Source: Candidatus Heimdallarchaeota archaeon
Lineage (GTDB): Archaea; Asgardarchaeota; Heimdallarchaeia; Heimdallarchaeales; Heimdallarchaeaceae
Assembly: GCA_030668875.1 (NCBI GenBank)
Contig: DAOVER010000050.1
Span: 1 to 20,691 of the forward strand
Reading direction: 5' to 3'
Length of the DNA stretch: 20,691 bases
The notes under the pieces were generated by a model, which was not told the DNA's origin, ran no database searches, and saw nothing but the letters and a program-made list of their open reading frames with translations. The first letter of the stretch is position 1, and the number at the start of each line of letters is the position of its first letter. Of the stretch, positions 1 through 7,952 are shown one piece after another. A program made the translations under genes and the position numbers.

Positions 1-842
1 CCTCTTTCCACCCATACATCAACCAAATATTTGGTTAACTTGTGGATACCATCTTTCAGTTTCCTCCTCCATTTCTCTTTAAGCTTGTAGTAAGCTTGAC
101 CGTATTGTAACTTGTTTCTTGATTGCAGCGATTTCTTCTGCTGTTGACTATACTGTAGTTGTAATTTTTTCTGTTCTTTCAAATAATATTGTGTTATTGA
201 TTTTATCCCTTTCCCTGCATCTTTGATAACAATCGGTTTTCCTCCTTGGTTATCCACAAAAGCTGCAAGGTTGTCCATCCCTAAATCTACCCCTCCTTTT
301 CTGATCCTCTTTTTAATAATCTTAGGCAAGGTCTTCCTATAGACTAATTCGAGTGTATATCCTGGTCTCCTTGGAACAATCCTCACTTCTCTCAGATCTA
401 CCTGTTCCGTTAATCTTGTCTTATACCTATATCCTGCTTTCTTTGGTAAAACTAACCAACCATTAACTATCCTTGCTTGTTGATTGCTGAAGATGGCTAT
501 TATTTCTCCATTTTTTCTTTTGTAATTAGGTGATTGAGGTTTAGCAAAAAACAACGTTTGATCTTTTTTCCATTCTTTTTTCGCTCGAAAGTATCCTTTC
601 CAATCCCCACACAGACGTTTGATTGTGTGTTGTGCTGTGTGAGCAGGAAGGACACGATAACAGTCTTCCTTCTTCAGCAATCTATCTAAATCTTCATAAA
701 ACAAGAGTTTGTTTTTCTTCCTCAGAGATTCTTTAATCAGAAAATTTGTTCGATTATAGAGATTCTTCGCTAGATGACAAAGCTTGCTTAACTGTGGATG
801 AAAGTCTACTTCTATACATTCAGCACGTAAGACCTTGGTCAT
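1..842 (-). CDS. tnpB: TnpB, IS200/IS605-family RNA-guided endonuclease; N-terminal 280 codons, C-terminus runs off the window edge
   Basis: Manual translation from ATG at 842 gives an open frame to base 3: MTKVLRAECIEVDFHPQLSKLCHLAKNLYN...REVRIVPRRPGYTLELVY...KGGVDLGMDNLAAFVDNQG...KLKDGIHKLTKYLVDVWVER. The LCHLAKNLYN helix, RuvC-I motif GVDLG and later 'D.IHK.T..LV' helix are typical of TnpB. Not in the ORF track because no stop codon lies in the window. Confidence 0.92.
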   Translation of the reverse strand, partial: MTKVLRAECIEVDFHPQLSKLCHLAKNLYNRTNFLIKESLRKKNKLLFYEDLDRLLKKEDCYRVLPAHTAQHTIKRLCGDWKGYFRAKKEWKKDQTLFFAKPQSPNYKRKNGEIIAIFSNQQARIVNGWLVLPKKAGYRYKTRLTEQVDLREVRIVPRRPGYTLELVYRKTLPKIIKKRIRKGGVDLGMDNLAAFVDNQGGKPIVIKDAGKGIKSITQYYLKEQKKLQLQYSQQQKKSLQSRNKLQYGQAYYKLKEKWRRKLKDGIHKLTKYLVDVWVER

Positions 843-863
843 CGCTTTTTTAGTCTGATTTTC

Positions 864-872
864 TTATAAAAA
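864..872 (-). promoter_or_regulatory. TATA-like box (TTTTTATAA) for a probably leaderless tnpB transcript
   Basis: On the minus strand, ...ACGGGGG-TTTTTATAA lies 22 nt upstream of the tnpB ATG, with no SD sequence. Confidence 0.4.
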
Positions 873-941
873 CCCCCGTAATATCTCTCTGTGGCACTCT
901 TGTTAAACTGATTAACAATACACTTAATATGACTATATGAC

Positions 942-957
942 AAAAAGATTTTATAAA
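942..957 (+). promoter_or_regulatory. BRE/TATA-like promoter of the permease cluster
   Basis: AAAAAGA-TTTTATAAA, about 36 nt upstream of the ATG at 993. Confidence 0.4.
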
Positions 958-992
958 TCGACCATTAAATTTGATTTGCCAATGGGATTCAG

Positions 993-2324
993 ATGCCGAA
1001 CGAAAATAGCAACAATATTGAACAAGATGTTGAGTTATCCAAAGAGCTTGGGCTAAAAGAAGCTCTTGGTATTGCCGTTGGTGCTCTAATTGGAGGGGGA
1101 GTCTTCAGTGTCCTTGGATTAGTCATATATGAATCAGGTCCAGCTGCTTTCTTGGCATTTTTATTAGCTGGTGTAGTTAGTACTTTTACAGCTTACAGTT
1201 ACGTTCATTTAGCACTCAAGCATCCAAGAGCAGGAGGGGCTTTCATCTATGTTCAAGAAGCTTTCAAGAAGAAATGGTTATCAGGTTCTCTTGGTATTCT
1301 CCTTTGGTTTGGTTATAGCTTTTCTGTGGGTCTCTATGCTATGACATTTGGTAGATATTTAGGTGCTGTGTGGCCTCTTTTTGGAGGATATGGTCATAGT
1401 TTTTCTTCAAATCTCTATGCAATGACTTTTGGTAGAGCCTTAAGCGAGGTATCCTTTTTTGGAGAACAATTATTGCCATTTTTTGGAATTACTATTTCTG
1501 CTTTTATTTTTCAGATTCTTAGTATTTTAATTTTCATTGGATTAAATATGATTGGAGTAAAGGAATCCAGCCGAGCTCAAAACATATTAGTTCTCATCAA
1601 AGTTGCAATATTAGTTCTTTATATCATAGTAGGCTTTTTTGCAATTGAAAGTTCAAACTTCGTTCCCTTCTTACCTAAAGGTGCTTTTCCTCTAATCGCA
1701 AGTTCTGTTCTTATTTTTGTTTCAATGGAAGGTTTTGAGATTTTATCCAATTCTGTTGAAGAAATGAAAAATCCAGAAAGAGACCTCAAGCTAGGCATGT
1801 ACATCTCAATAATTATAGTTCTAATCCTATACATCGCTGTAGCAGTAATAACGGTTGGAGTATTAGGTAAAGATGATAATTTGAAGGATATTGGAGAGGT
1901 TATTCTTACATATTCAGCTAGTAAGTTTTTAGGGGTTGCAGGAGCTGGTATCATGGCTTTTGCAGCTATTATCTCCGCAGCTTCAGCTATAAATGCAACA
2001 TTACTAGGGTCTTCTAGACTTTCTTACATGCTTTCTCATGAAAGAATTATACCTAAGGCAATTGCAAAAATCAGCCCAAAAACTCGAGTTCCAATGAGAG
2101 CTATAGCTCTTTCAGGAATAATGAGTATTATCATTGTGTTCCTATTCCAACTAGATGTCGTAGCAATGGTCGCAAGTATAATTTTCATGGCAATTTTTGC
2201 AGCTGTAAATATATCAGCAATAAAACTACTAGAAAAGAAGAAGAAAATTCCTAGCATAATTGGCGTCGTTTTAATAATCATTTACTGGGGGATTTGGATC
2301 TCAAATCTAATAATGACTGGATGA
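993..2324 (+). CDS. APC-family amino acid/polyamine permease
   Basis: About 12 hydrophobic segments; TM1 motif GALIGGGVF, HPRAGGAFIY loop, TM6 FVSMEGFE..SNSVEEMKNPERD. Confidence 0.9.
   Translation: MPNENSNNIEQDVELSKELGLKEALGIAVGALIGGGVFSVLGLVIYESGPAAFLAFLLAGVVSTFTAYSYVHLALKHPRAGGAFIYVQEAFKKKWLSGSLGILLWFGYSFSVGLYAMTFGRYLGAVWPLFGGYGHSFSSNLYAMTFGRALSEVSFFGEQLLPFFGITISAFIFQILSILIFIGLNMIGVKESSRAQNILVLIKVAILVLYIIVGFFAIESSNFVPFLPKGAFPLIASSVLIFVSMEGFEILSNSVEEMKNPERDLKLGMYISIIIVLILYIAVAVITVGVLGKDDNLKDIGEVILTYSASKFLGVAGAGIMAFAAIISAASAINATLLGSSRLSYMLSHERIIPKAIAKISPKTRVPMRAIALSGIMSIIIVFLFQLDVVAMVASIIFMAIFAAVNISAIKLLEKKKKIPSIIGVVLIIIYWGIWISNLIMTG
1311..1472 (+). repeat. In-frame 81-nt (27-aa) tandem duplication inside the permease
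   Basis: GYSFSVGLYAMTFGRYLGAVWPLFGGY (1311-1391) is followed by GHSFSSNLYAMTFGRALSEVSFFGEQL (1392-1472). DNA ctctatgc.atgac.tttggtaga recurs at 1332 and 1413. Confidence 0.85.
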
Positions 2325-2382
2325 ATCCTAAATTTTCCTTTTATTGGGATATTTTAAATATTTGAGACCTCTCCGTTCACTA

Positions 2383-2886
2383 ATGTTTAACCTATCAGAA
2401 TATTACAAATTAATTGAAAAAGATAGAAATGATTACTTTAAACTGTTCAAATTAGCACCGAAGGAAGTCTTTCACAAATCTTTTACTGAAGACACGTGGT
2501 CTGTTGAACTCATTTTTCGACATAATCTTTCAGTTCTAAATTGGTTCAAAACTCTTGTTCCTAACATCGATTTCGAAGAAAGTACGTTGGCAACTAAATA
2601 TGGTGAAAAAGCTGAAGATTCTTTTTCTTTAGAGGAAATTGAGAAAGAATTCCACAGATTATCATCCGTCATCGCTGAAGGTATCGCAAAAATGACTGCT
2701 GAGGAAGAAGATGAAATTTTCAAATCACCCTATGGAGACAGTCCAAGATACAAGAGAATCTCTGGATTATTAAATCATGAAAGTAACCATTTGGGCCAAG
2801 TTGCGTGGATTTTCAAGAGATTAACCGGATGGACAGATCAAGATATTAGAGAGAAATTATACGGAGTTCCTAAGAAAGAAGATTAA
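2383..2886 (+). CDS. DinB-superfamily protein
   Basis: WSVELIFRH and LNHESNHLGQ give the three-His metal site of DinB/YfiT-like proteins. ATG 2383 is preferred over TTG 2344 in the ORF track. Confidence 0.75.
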   Translation: MFNLSEYYKLIEKDRNDYFKLFKLAPKEVFHKSFTEDTWSVELIFRHNLSVLNWFKTLVPNIDFEESTLATKYGEKAEDSFSLEEIEKEFHRLSSVIAEGIAKMTAEEEDEIFKSPYGDSPRYKRISGLLNHESNHLGQVAWIFKRLTGWTDQDIREKLYGVPKKED

Positions 2887-2898
2887 GGTTGAAATATC

Positions 2899-3165
2899 AT
2901 GTCTAGAAAACAGAAAGTAACGATAGAAGTGGTTGACATTTTGCTTACTGAGAAATGCAATTATGACCATAAAATAGGCGATAAATTTGATTATCCAATT
3001 GAAACAGGGAAGATATGTACTGCAGCTTTGCATTCAATTTATCCATATGCTTTAGGTATACAATTTGGTGGAAGCTTTCCTTGGGAAGAAGATTCTGATA
3101 GTGTTACTGTTTGCTGTCCTGACTATAAAAATCCGGTAGTTTTTAAAATTACAAGAGAGACATAG
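2899..3165 (+). CDS. TIGR04076-family small Cys-containing protein
   Basis: 88 aa with pattern C.YDHKIGDKF...KIC..AL.SIYP...GG.FPW......VCCPD..NPVVFKI.R, recognised from memory as this family. Confidence 0.75.
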   Translation: MSRKQKVTIEVVDILLTEKCNYDHKIGDKFDYPIETGKICTAALHSIYPYALGIQFGGSFPWEEDSDSVTVCCPDYKNPVVFKITRET

Positions 3166-3230
3166 AAATCTTTAGTAATTGTTTCATTAGATGGTTTACA
3201 ATAATTTATACAGAATCAGGAAAGATACGA

Positions 3231-3845
3231 ATGAATATTGATTACAGAACCCTTCCAGTAATCATTCTAGCAGCTGGAGACTCAAAAAGAATGGGAGAGC
3301 CGAAAGGGCTCCTTAACTATCAAGGCAAACCTTTCCTCGTCCATCAAATCGAACAATTGTCTGAGATAGGTTTATCTGAGATTATCGTTGTACTTGGAAA
3401 AGATTTCAAACTCTACCACGATAAGTTCCCTGAACTTATTGAAGTAGAATTTACAACAAATCCATCTCCTGAGAAAGGACAATTTTCATCCTTACAATGT
3501 GGATTGCAAAAGATACAGTCTAGAGAAGTATCAGGAGTTTTCATTTTTCCAATTGATGTTCCTTGCCCAGACAGAGAAGTATGGGAAGAGCTAGTAAATG
3601 AATTGAGTTTATCAGATAGTGCAGTCACAATCCCTGAATATCAGGGTAAAAAGGGTCATCCTGTTCTTATTTCAAGGGAGTTTATGCAGCATCTTATTTC
3701 CTGTGGATCTGATTCTCGTCTAGATTTCGAAATCTATAAACAAATTGACCTTAAGAAAGCAAAGATTATATCTGTAAATGATAAAAATATTACACGGAAC
3801 CTCAATACACCTGAAGATTGGAAAGAATATGAGGAATTAAAATGA
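3231..3845 (+). CDS. mocA: Molybdenum cofactor cytidylyltransferase (MocA-like nucleotidyltransferase)
   Basis: ILAAG.SKRMG..KGLL, GQFSSLQCGL, GHPVL, NLNTPEDW. Its stop overlaps the xdh start (ATGA at 3842-3845). Confidence 0.8.
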   Translation: MNIDYRTLPVIILAAGDSKRMGEPKGLLNYQGKPFLVHQIEQLSEIGLSEIIVVLGKDFKLYHDKFPELIEVEFTTNPSPEKGQFSSLQCGLQKIQSREVSGVFIFPIDVPCPDREVWEELVNELSLSDSAVTIPEYQGKKGHPVLISREFMQHLISCGSDSRLDFEIYKQIDLKKAKIISVNDKNITRNLNTPEDWKEYEELK

Positions 3846-6475
3846 ATGTAACATTTACTCTCAATGGGAAAGAAACCACTGTTAGTTATGAAGAAGGAAT
3901 GAGTGTCCTTGATTTACTTAGAGAGGTTTGTCATATTAAAAGTTGTAAGGATGGTTGTTCAGGTCAAGGTACTTGTGGAGCTTGTACTGTTTTAATTAAT
4001 GGTAGAGCAATGGTCTCCTGTAGGCAGAAACCAGCATCTATTGAGGGTAAAGAAATAATCACTGTTGAAGGACTTGACAAAATTGAACAAGACATTCTAT
4101 CAAAATCTTTTGTTAAAGAAGGAGCTATACAATGTGGATTTTGTACTCCTGGACTTGTTCTTCGAATTAAATCTTTTCTTGATCAACATCCTACATCTAC
4201 AAGAGAGGAAAAAGCTAAAGCTATAACTGGAAATCTCTGCAGATGTACTGGTTACCAACGAATTCTTGATGCTATGAAAACAGCTGAAGAACATTGGAAT
4301 CCAAAGGACGATGACATATCAGGACCACCTCGAAGAAGCGAATTCTTTGGAGAAAAATATGGTCTAAAAAGGGAGTATGAACCGAAAAAGAATGGAGTAG
4401 GTTCTAATGCTCATCGTTATCGTGGAGTGGATATGGCTCTAGGTAGAAAACCCTATATCGCAGATATGGAAATGGATGAAATGCTTCATGGAGCTTTGTT
4501 GCTAAGTGAGCATCCACGTTCCAAAGTAATCAAAATTGACACATCAAAAGCTAAGGAAGCTTGTGGAGTGATAGAGACATTTACAGCAAAAGATGTACCC
4601 GGGAAACGGATGATTGGTCATATCATACCAGATTGGCCCATTTTTGTTTCTGAAGGTGAATCTACAAGATATGTAGGTGATGTGCTTGCAATGATTGTAG
4701 CTGATTCCATGGTTCATGCCCGAGCAGCTCTTGAGAAAATAAAGGTTGATTATGAAATACTTGAACCAATAATTGATCCAGAAAAAGCTCTATTACCTAC
4801 TACAGAAAAAATACATGAAAAAGGCAATTTACTAGGTCACACATTCTTTGGAAGAGGAGATGTTAAGAGTGCTTTGGAGAAATCCAAATACGTGATAAAA
4901 CAGCGTTTTAAAACTCAACGAATTGAACATGCTTACATGGAAGTAGAAAGTTGCTTAGCATTCCCAACAGAAAAGGGGGTTCATCTATATAGTCAGGGAC
5001 AAGGAGTTCATGAAGATCAAAGACAGATTGCAGAAGCACTCGGATTAAAAAAAGAACTAGTTATCGTTGAACTTGTTTCTAATGGTGGTGCTTTTGGTGG
5101 AAAGGAGGATCTTACATGTCAAGCACAGACAGCTATGGCTTCCATGATTTTGAAGAAACCTGTAAAAACAGTTCTTACAAGAGAACAGTCTCTTCTCATG
5201 AGCGTTAAGAGACACCCAATGACTATGGATTATGAAGTAGGAGCAGATGAAAATGGAAAGCTAACAGCTGTAAAACTCCGTTTAATAGCTGATTCAGGAG
5301 CTTATGCATCTGTTGGAGCAAAAGTTGCAGAACGCGCAGCAGGACATTGTTGTGGGCCATACTTCGTTCCTAATGTTGATGTAGATGCAAAAGCTGTTTA
5401 TACAAATAATCCCGCTTGTGGAGCGATGCGAGGTTTCGGAGTCAATCAAACCTCCTTTGCAATTGAAACATGTCTTAATATGATTGTCGAGAAGATGAAG
5501 AAAGATGGGATTAAAATTGATGATTATGATATAAGAGAAAAAAATATTCTTAGAGAAGGTCAAAGGTTTGCAACAGGTCAAAAGATGACAAAGACCATCA
5601 ATGGAATGCAACAATGTCTAGATGCTGTTAAAGACATCTATAAGAATTCTAAAGATCCAATTGGGATAGCTTGTGGGATAAAAAATACAGGAATTGGTAA
5701 CGGTTTGGAGGATACTGGGAGGGTTCTCATAAAAGTCCTTGAAAATGAACAACTTGAAATCTTAACGGGATTTACAGAGATGGGACAAGGATTGTTTACT
5801 GTTCTTACCCAAGTTGTAACAGAAGTTACTGACATCTCCCCCAAACAGATGAATGTCAAATCAATTAGCTATCCAAAAACCAAATGTGGAATGACAACTG
5901 CTTCTAGAGGTACAGCTTTGGATACTATGGCAGCAAAATTTGCAGCAGAAAAACTTGCAATTGCTCTTCAAACAAAGCCCCTAAAAGATTTAGCAGGTAA
6001 AGAGTTCCATGGAGAATATATTAGTAATTTTACAGTCAAACCAGGTACACAAACTGATAATCCTATAACGCATTTAGCGTTCAGTCACGCTGTTCAAATG
6101 GCTATCTTAAATGAAGAAGGTAAAATTACAAAAATGATAGCGGCTCATGATGTTGGAAAAGCTATCAACCCCATGGCATGTGCTGGACAGTTTGAGGGGG
6201 GAATTCACATGGGTCTAGGGCATACACTTTCGGAAGATTTCCCAACAACAAATGGAGTGCCAGACTCACTAAGAATGGGAGATATTCAAATAATCAAAGC
6301 AAAGGATATGCCAGAGGTTGAGGTAATTCTAATAGAAGAACCTGAGGAAGTAGGAGGGTTTGGATCAAAAGGAGTGGGAGAAATTGGTCTTGTACCAACA
6401 GCTGGAGCAGTTGCAGGAGCTCTATACCAATATGATGGTAAATGGCGTTTCGAGCTACCAATAGCAAGAAAATAA
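3842..6475 (+). CDS. xdh: Xanthine-oxidase-family molybdopterin oxidoreductase with fused 2x[2Fe-2S] domain; resembles the selenium-dependent xanthine dehydrogenase family
   Basis: Fe-S motifs CKDGCSGQGTCGAC, QCGFC, NLCRCTGY. Mo-domain motifs GGAFGGKED, GAMRGFG, TTASR, GQFEGG, KGVGE (catalytic Glu). The length (877 aa) and segments such as CGIKNTGIGNGLEDTGR and NPITHLAFS match the single-chain Se-XDH type. Confidence 0.85.
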   Translation: MNVTFTLNGKETTVSYEEGMSVLDLLREVCHIKSCKDGCSGQGTCGACTVLINGRAMVSCRQKPASIEGKEIITVEGLDKIEQDILSKSFVKEGAIQCGFCTPGLVLRIKSFLDQHPTSTREEKAKAITGNLCRCTGYQRILDAMKTAEEHWNPKDDDISGPPRRSEFFGEKYGLKREYEPKKNGVGSNAHRYRGVDMALGRKPYIADMEMDEMLHGALLLSEHPRSKVIKIDTSKAKEACGVIETFTAKDVPGKRMIGHIIPDWPIFVSEGESTRYVGDVLAMIVADSMVHARAALEKIKVDYEILEPIIDPEKALLPTTEKIHEKGNLLGHTFFGRGDVKSALEKSKYVIKQRFKTQRIEHAYMEVESCLAFPTEKGVHLYSQGQGVHEDQRQIAEALGLKKELVIVELVSNGGAFGGKEDLTCQAQTAMASMILKKPVKTVLTREQSLLMSVKRHPMTMDYEVGADENGKLTAVKLRLIADSGAYASVGAKVAERAAGHCCGPYFVPNVDVDAKAVYTNNPACGAMRGFGVNQTSFAIETCLNMIVEKMKKDGIKIDDYDIREKNILREGQRFATGQKMTKTINGMQQCLDAVKDIYKNSKDPIGIACGIKNTGIGNGLEDTGRVLIKVLENEQLEILTGFTEMGQGLFTVLTQVVTEVTDISPKQMNVKSISYPKTKCGMTTASRGTALDTMAAKFAAEKLAIALQTKPLKDLAGKEFHGEYISNFTVKPGTQTDNPITHLAFSHAVQMAILNEEGKITKMIAAHDVGKAINPMACAGQFEGGIHMGLGHTLSEDFPTTNGVPDSLRMGDIQIIKAKDMPEVEVILIEEPEEVGGFGSKGVGEIGLVPTAGAVAGALYQYDGKWRFELPIARK

Positions 6476-6512
6476 TTAAGATGATAAAAAGAAAGAAGAA
6501 ATAGTAAAAAAG

Positions 6513-6550
6513 TTAAGGAACAAACCTTGTTCCTGTTTCACCCTTTAAAG
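6513..6550 (-). repeat. Distal copy of the carbamate kinase 3' end (LKGETGTRFVP*)
   Basis: 6514-6550 matches 9922-9958 at 36/37 nt and the live gene (11649-11685) at 33/37 nt. It ends in TAA 38 bp from the xdh stop. Confidence 0.9.
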
Positions 6551-6814
6551 GTCGTTTGTTGATCGTTTAAGATCTAGGTAAAACCATCATAGTGTGTTGA
6601 GAGCGAATTAGTCACTCTTACTTATTATAAACTTAAACTTACAAAATCAACTAATAAACATTATAAAAACACAACAAAATGCTAATTACTAATGGAAGTG
6701 AGGTTTTGTACAATATCACTTTAAGTATATTTTAAAGTTAAATAGTTAAAAGAATTCATTGTAAATAAGTAAAGGAGCTAGCTCAACCTTAAACTAAATT
6801 CATAAGTGATAAAA

Positions 6815-7924
6815 ATGAATGTAAAGAAAAACGGAAAAATAAATGTATTATTAATTCTCGTAATACTAACACTTTCCTTAATCCCAATCACGAATTATGT
6901 CTCTGCCCGTTACAACTGGGTTGAATGGGATGGATTTGTATACAACGATTGGGGTAATGGTACGGCTGGTGTTACAGTGAGATTAAAATATGGTAGTACT
7001 ACATTAGATTCTGATGTTACAGGCTCAAATGGTTATTACTATATTAAGGAATATGTAGATAACGCCTACAGGTACACATTAACAGCTTCAATGAACTCAA
7101 ATTGGACAACTCAACAATATGATAATCTAATAGGAAGACCCGAAGGTAGTGGTCCTTGGAGATATAATTTTGATCTATATTATGTCGTAAAATGGGCAGT
7201 CATTGTTGGAATTGAAGATTACTATCCTCTTGGTAACGCACAATTTAGTGATAACGATGCTGATACGTGAAATGCCCACTTCACAAACGAAACTGGTTTA
7301 GATTTTGACAATGTAGAAGTCTTGAAAAATAATGCTGCTACAGAAAGTGCAATAAAAACCAAACTAAATACAATGGTTTCTGGTGCAGATGGTGGAGACA
7401 TTATAGCTTTCATCTTCTCAGGTCATGGTTATAAGTATGATGAAGGAGAAAGTTACGCCCTAAGTGCCTACGAAGCAGATCCTGGTAATCCAGACAACGA
7501 GGGATTTTTCAATGATACAGAATTAGCAACGATAATGGAAAACTCAATCGCAGAAAGAGTGTTTTTCTTCTTTGATTGCTGTAATGCTTCTGGCATGTAT
7601 AACGAACTAGAATTACTTAATAACTCAGATACCTTTTTCCTAGCCGCAGCTACTCGCGACGATGAAACCTCATGGTGGGATGTTGATAAAGAATTTAGAT
7701 GCTGGACACAGTGTTTTCTGCACTATTCTTGGAATGGAAATTCTGAACGTGGATCTTCAGGTTCAATAACTGCAGATTTCATAGATATTTTCGATGATGC
7801 ATTGTTTTGGTATAATTATTATGTAGGGTCAGTTAATTACTACAACGCAAACCAAACTCCAACAAAATTGAGTGACTATGGAAATGGATTCTGTTTATCA
7901 ATAGAGGGCATCACACCACAATAA
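6815..7924 (+). pseudogene. Secreted caspase/metacaspase-like (peptidase C14) protein interrupted by an in-frame TGA at 7268-7270
   Basis: ORF-track ORFs 6806-7270 and 7322-7924 share a frame, and the sequence between them is open. The joined product has a signal peptide, a beta-rich N-terminal domain, KWAVIVGIEDY, FIFSGHG (His) and FFDCCNASG (Cys). Confidence 0.8.
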
Positions 7925-7952
7925 ATAAAATAACAAAGGGGATAAGTATGCA

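Larger units (their letters stand above)
1..920 (-). mobile_element. IS200/IS605-family element with tnpB and no upstream tnpA (IS1341-like); left boundary approximate
   Basis: tnpB is followed upstream by about 150 bp of non-coding DNA and then a divergent host gene, so no tnpA lies 5' of it. A perfect hairpin TTGTTAA-ACTGA-TTAACAA at 900-918 is a candidate subterminal palindrome. Confidence 0.55.

Noticed and set aside
7268-7270. In-frame TGA as selenocysteine or as evidence of a recoded genetic code
   Set aside because: The position is not the catalytic Cys and fits a Trp context. TGA terminates other genes here (2324, 3845, 9617, 17588) and TGG is used for Trp. No SECIS-like element was recognised.
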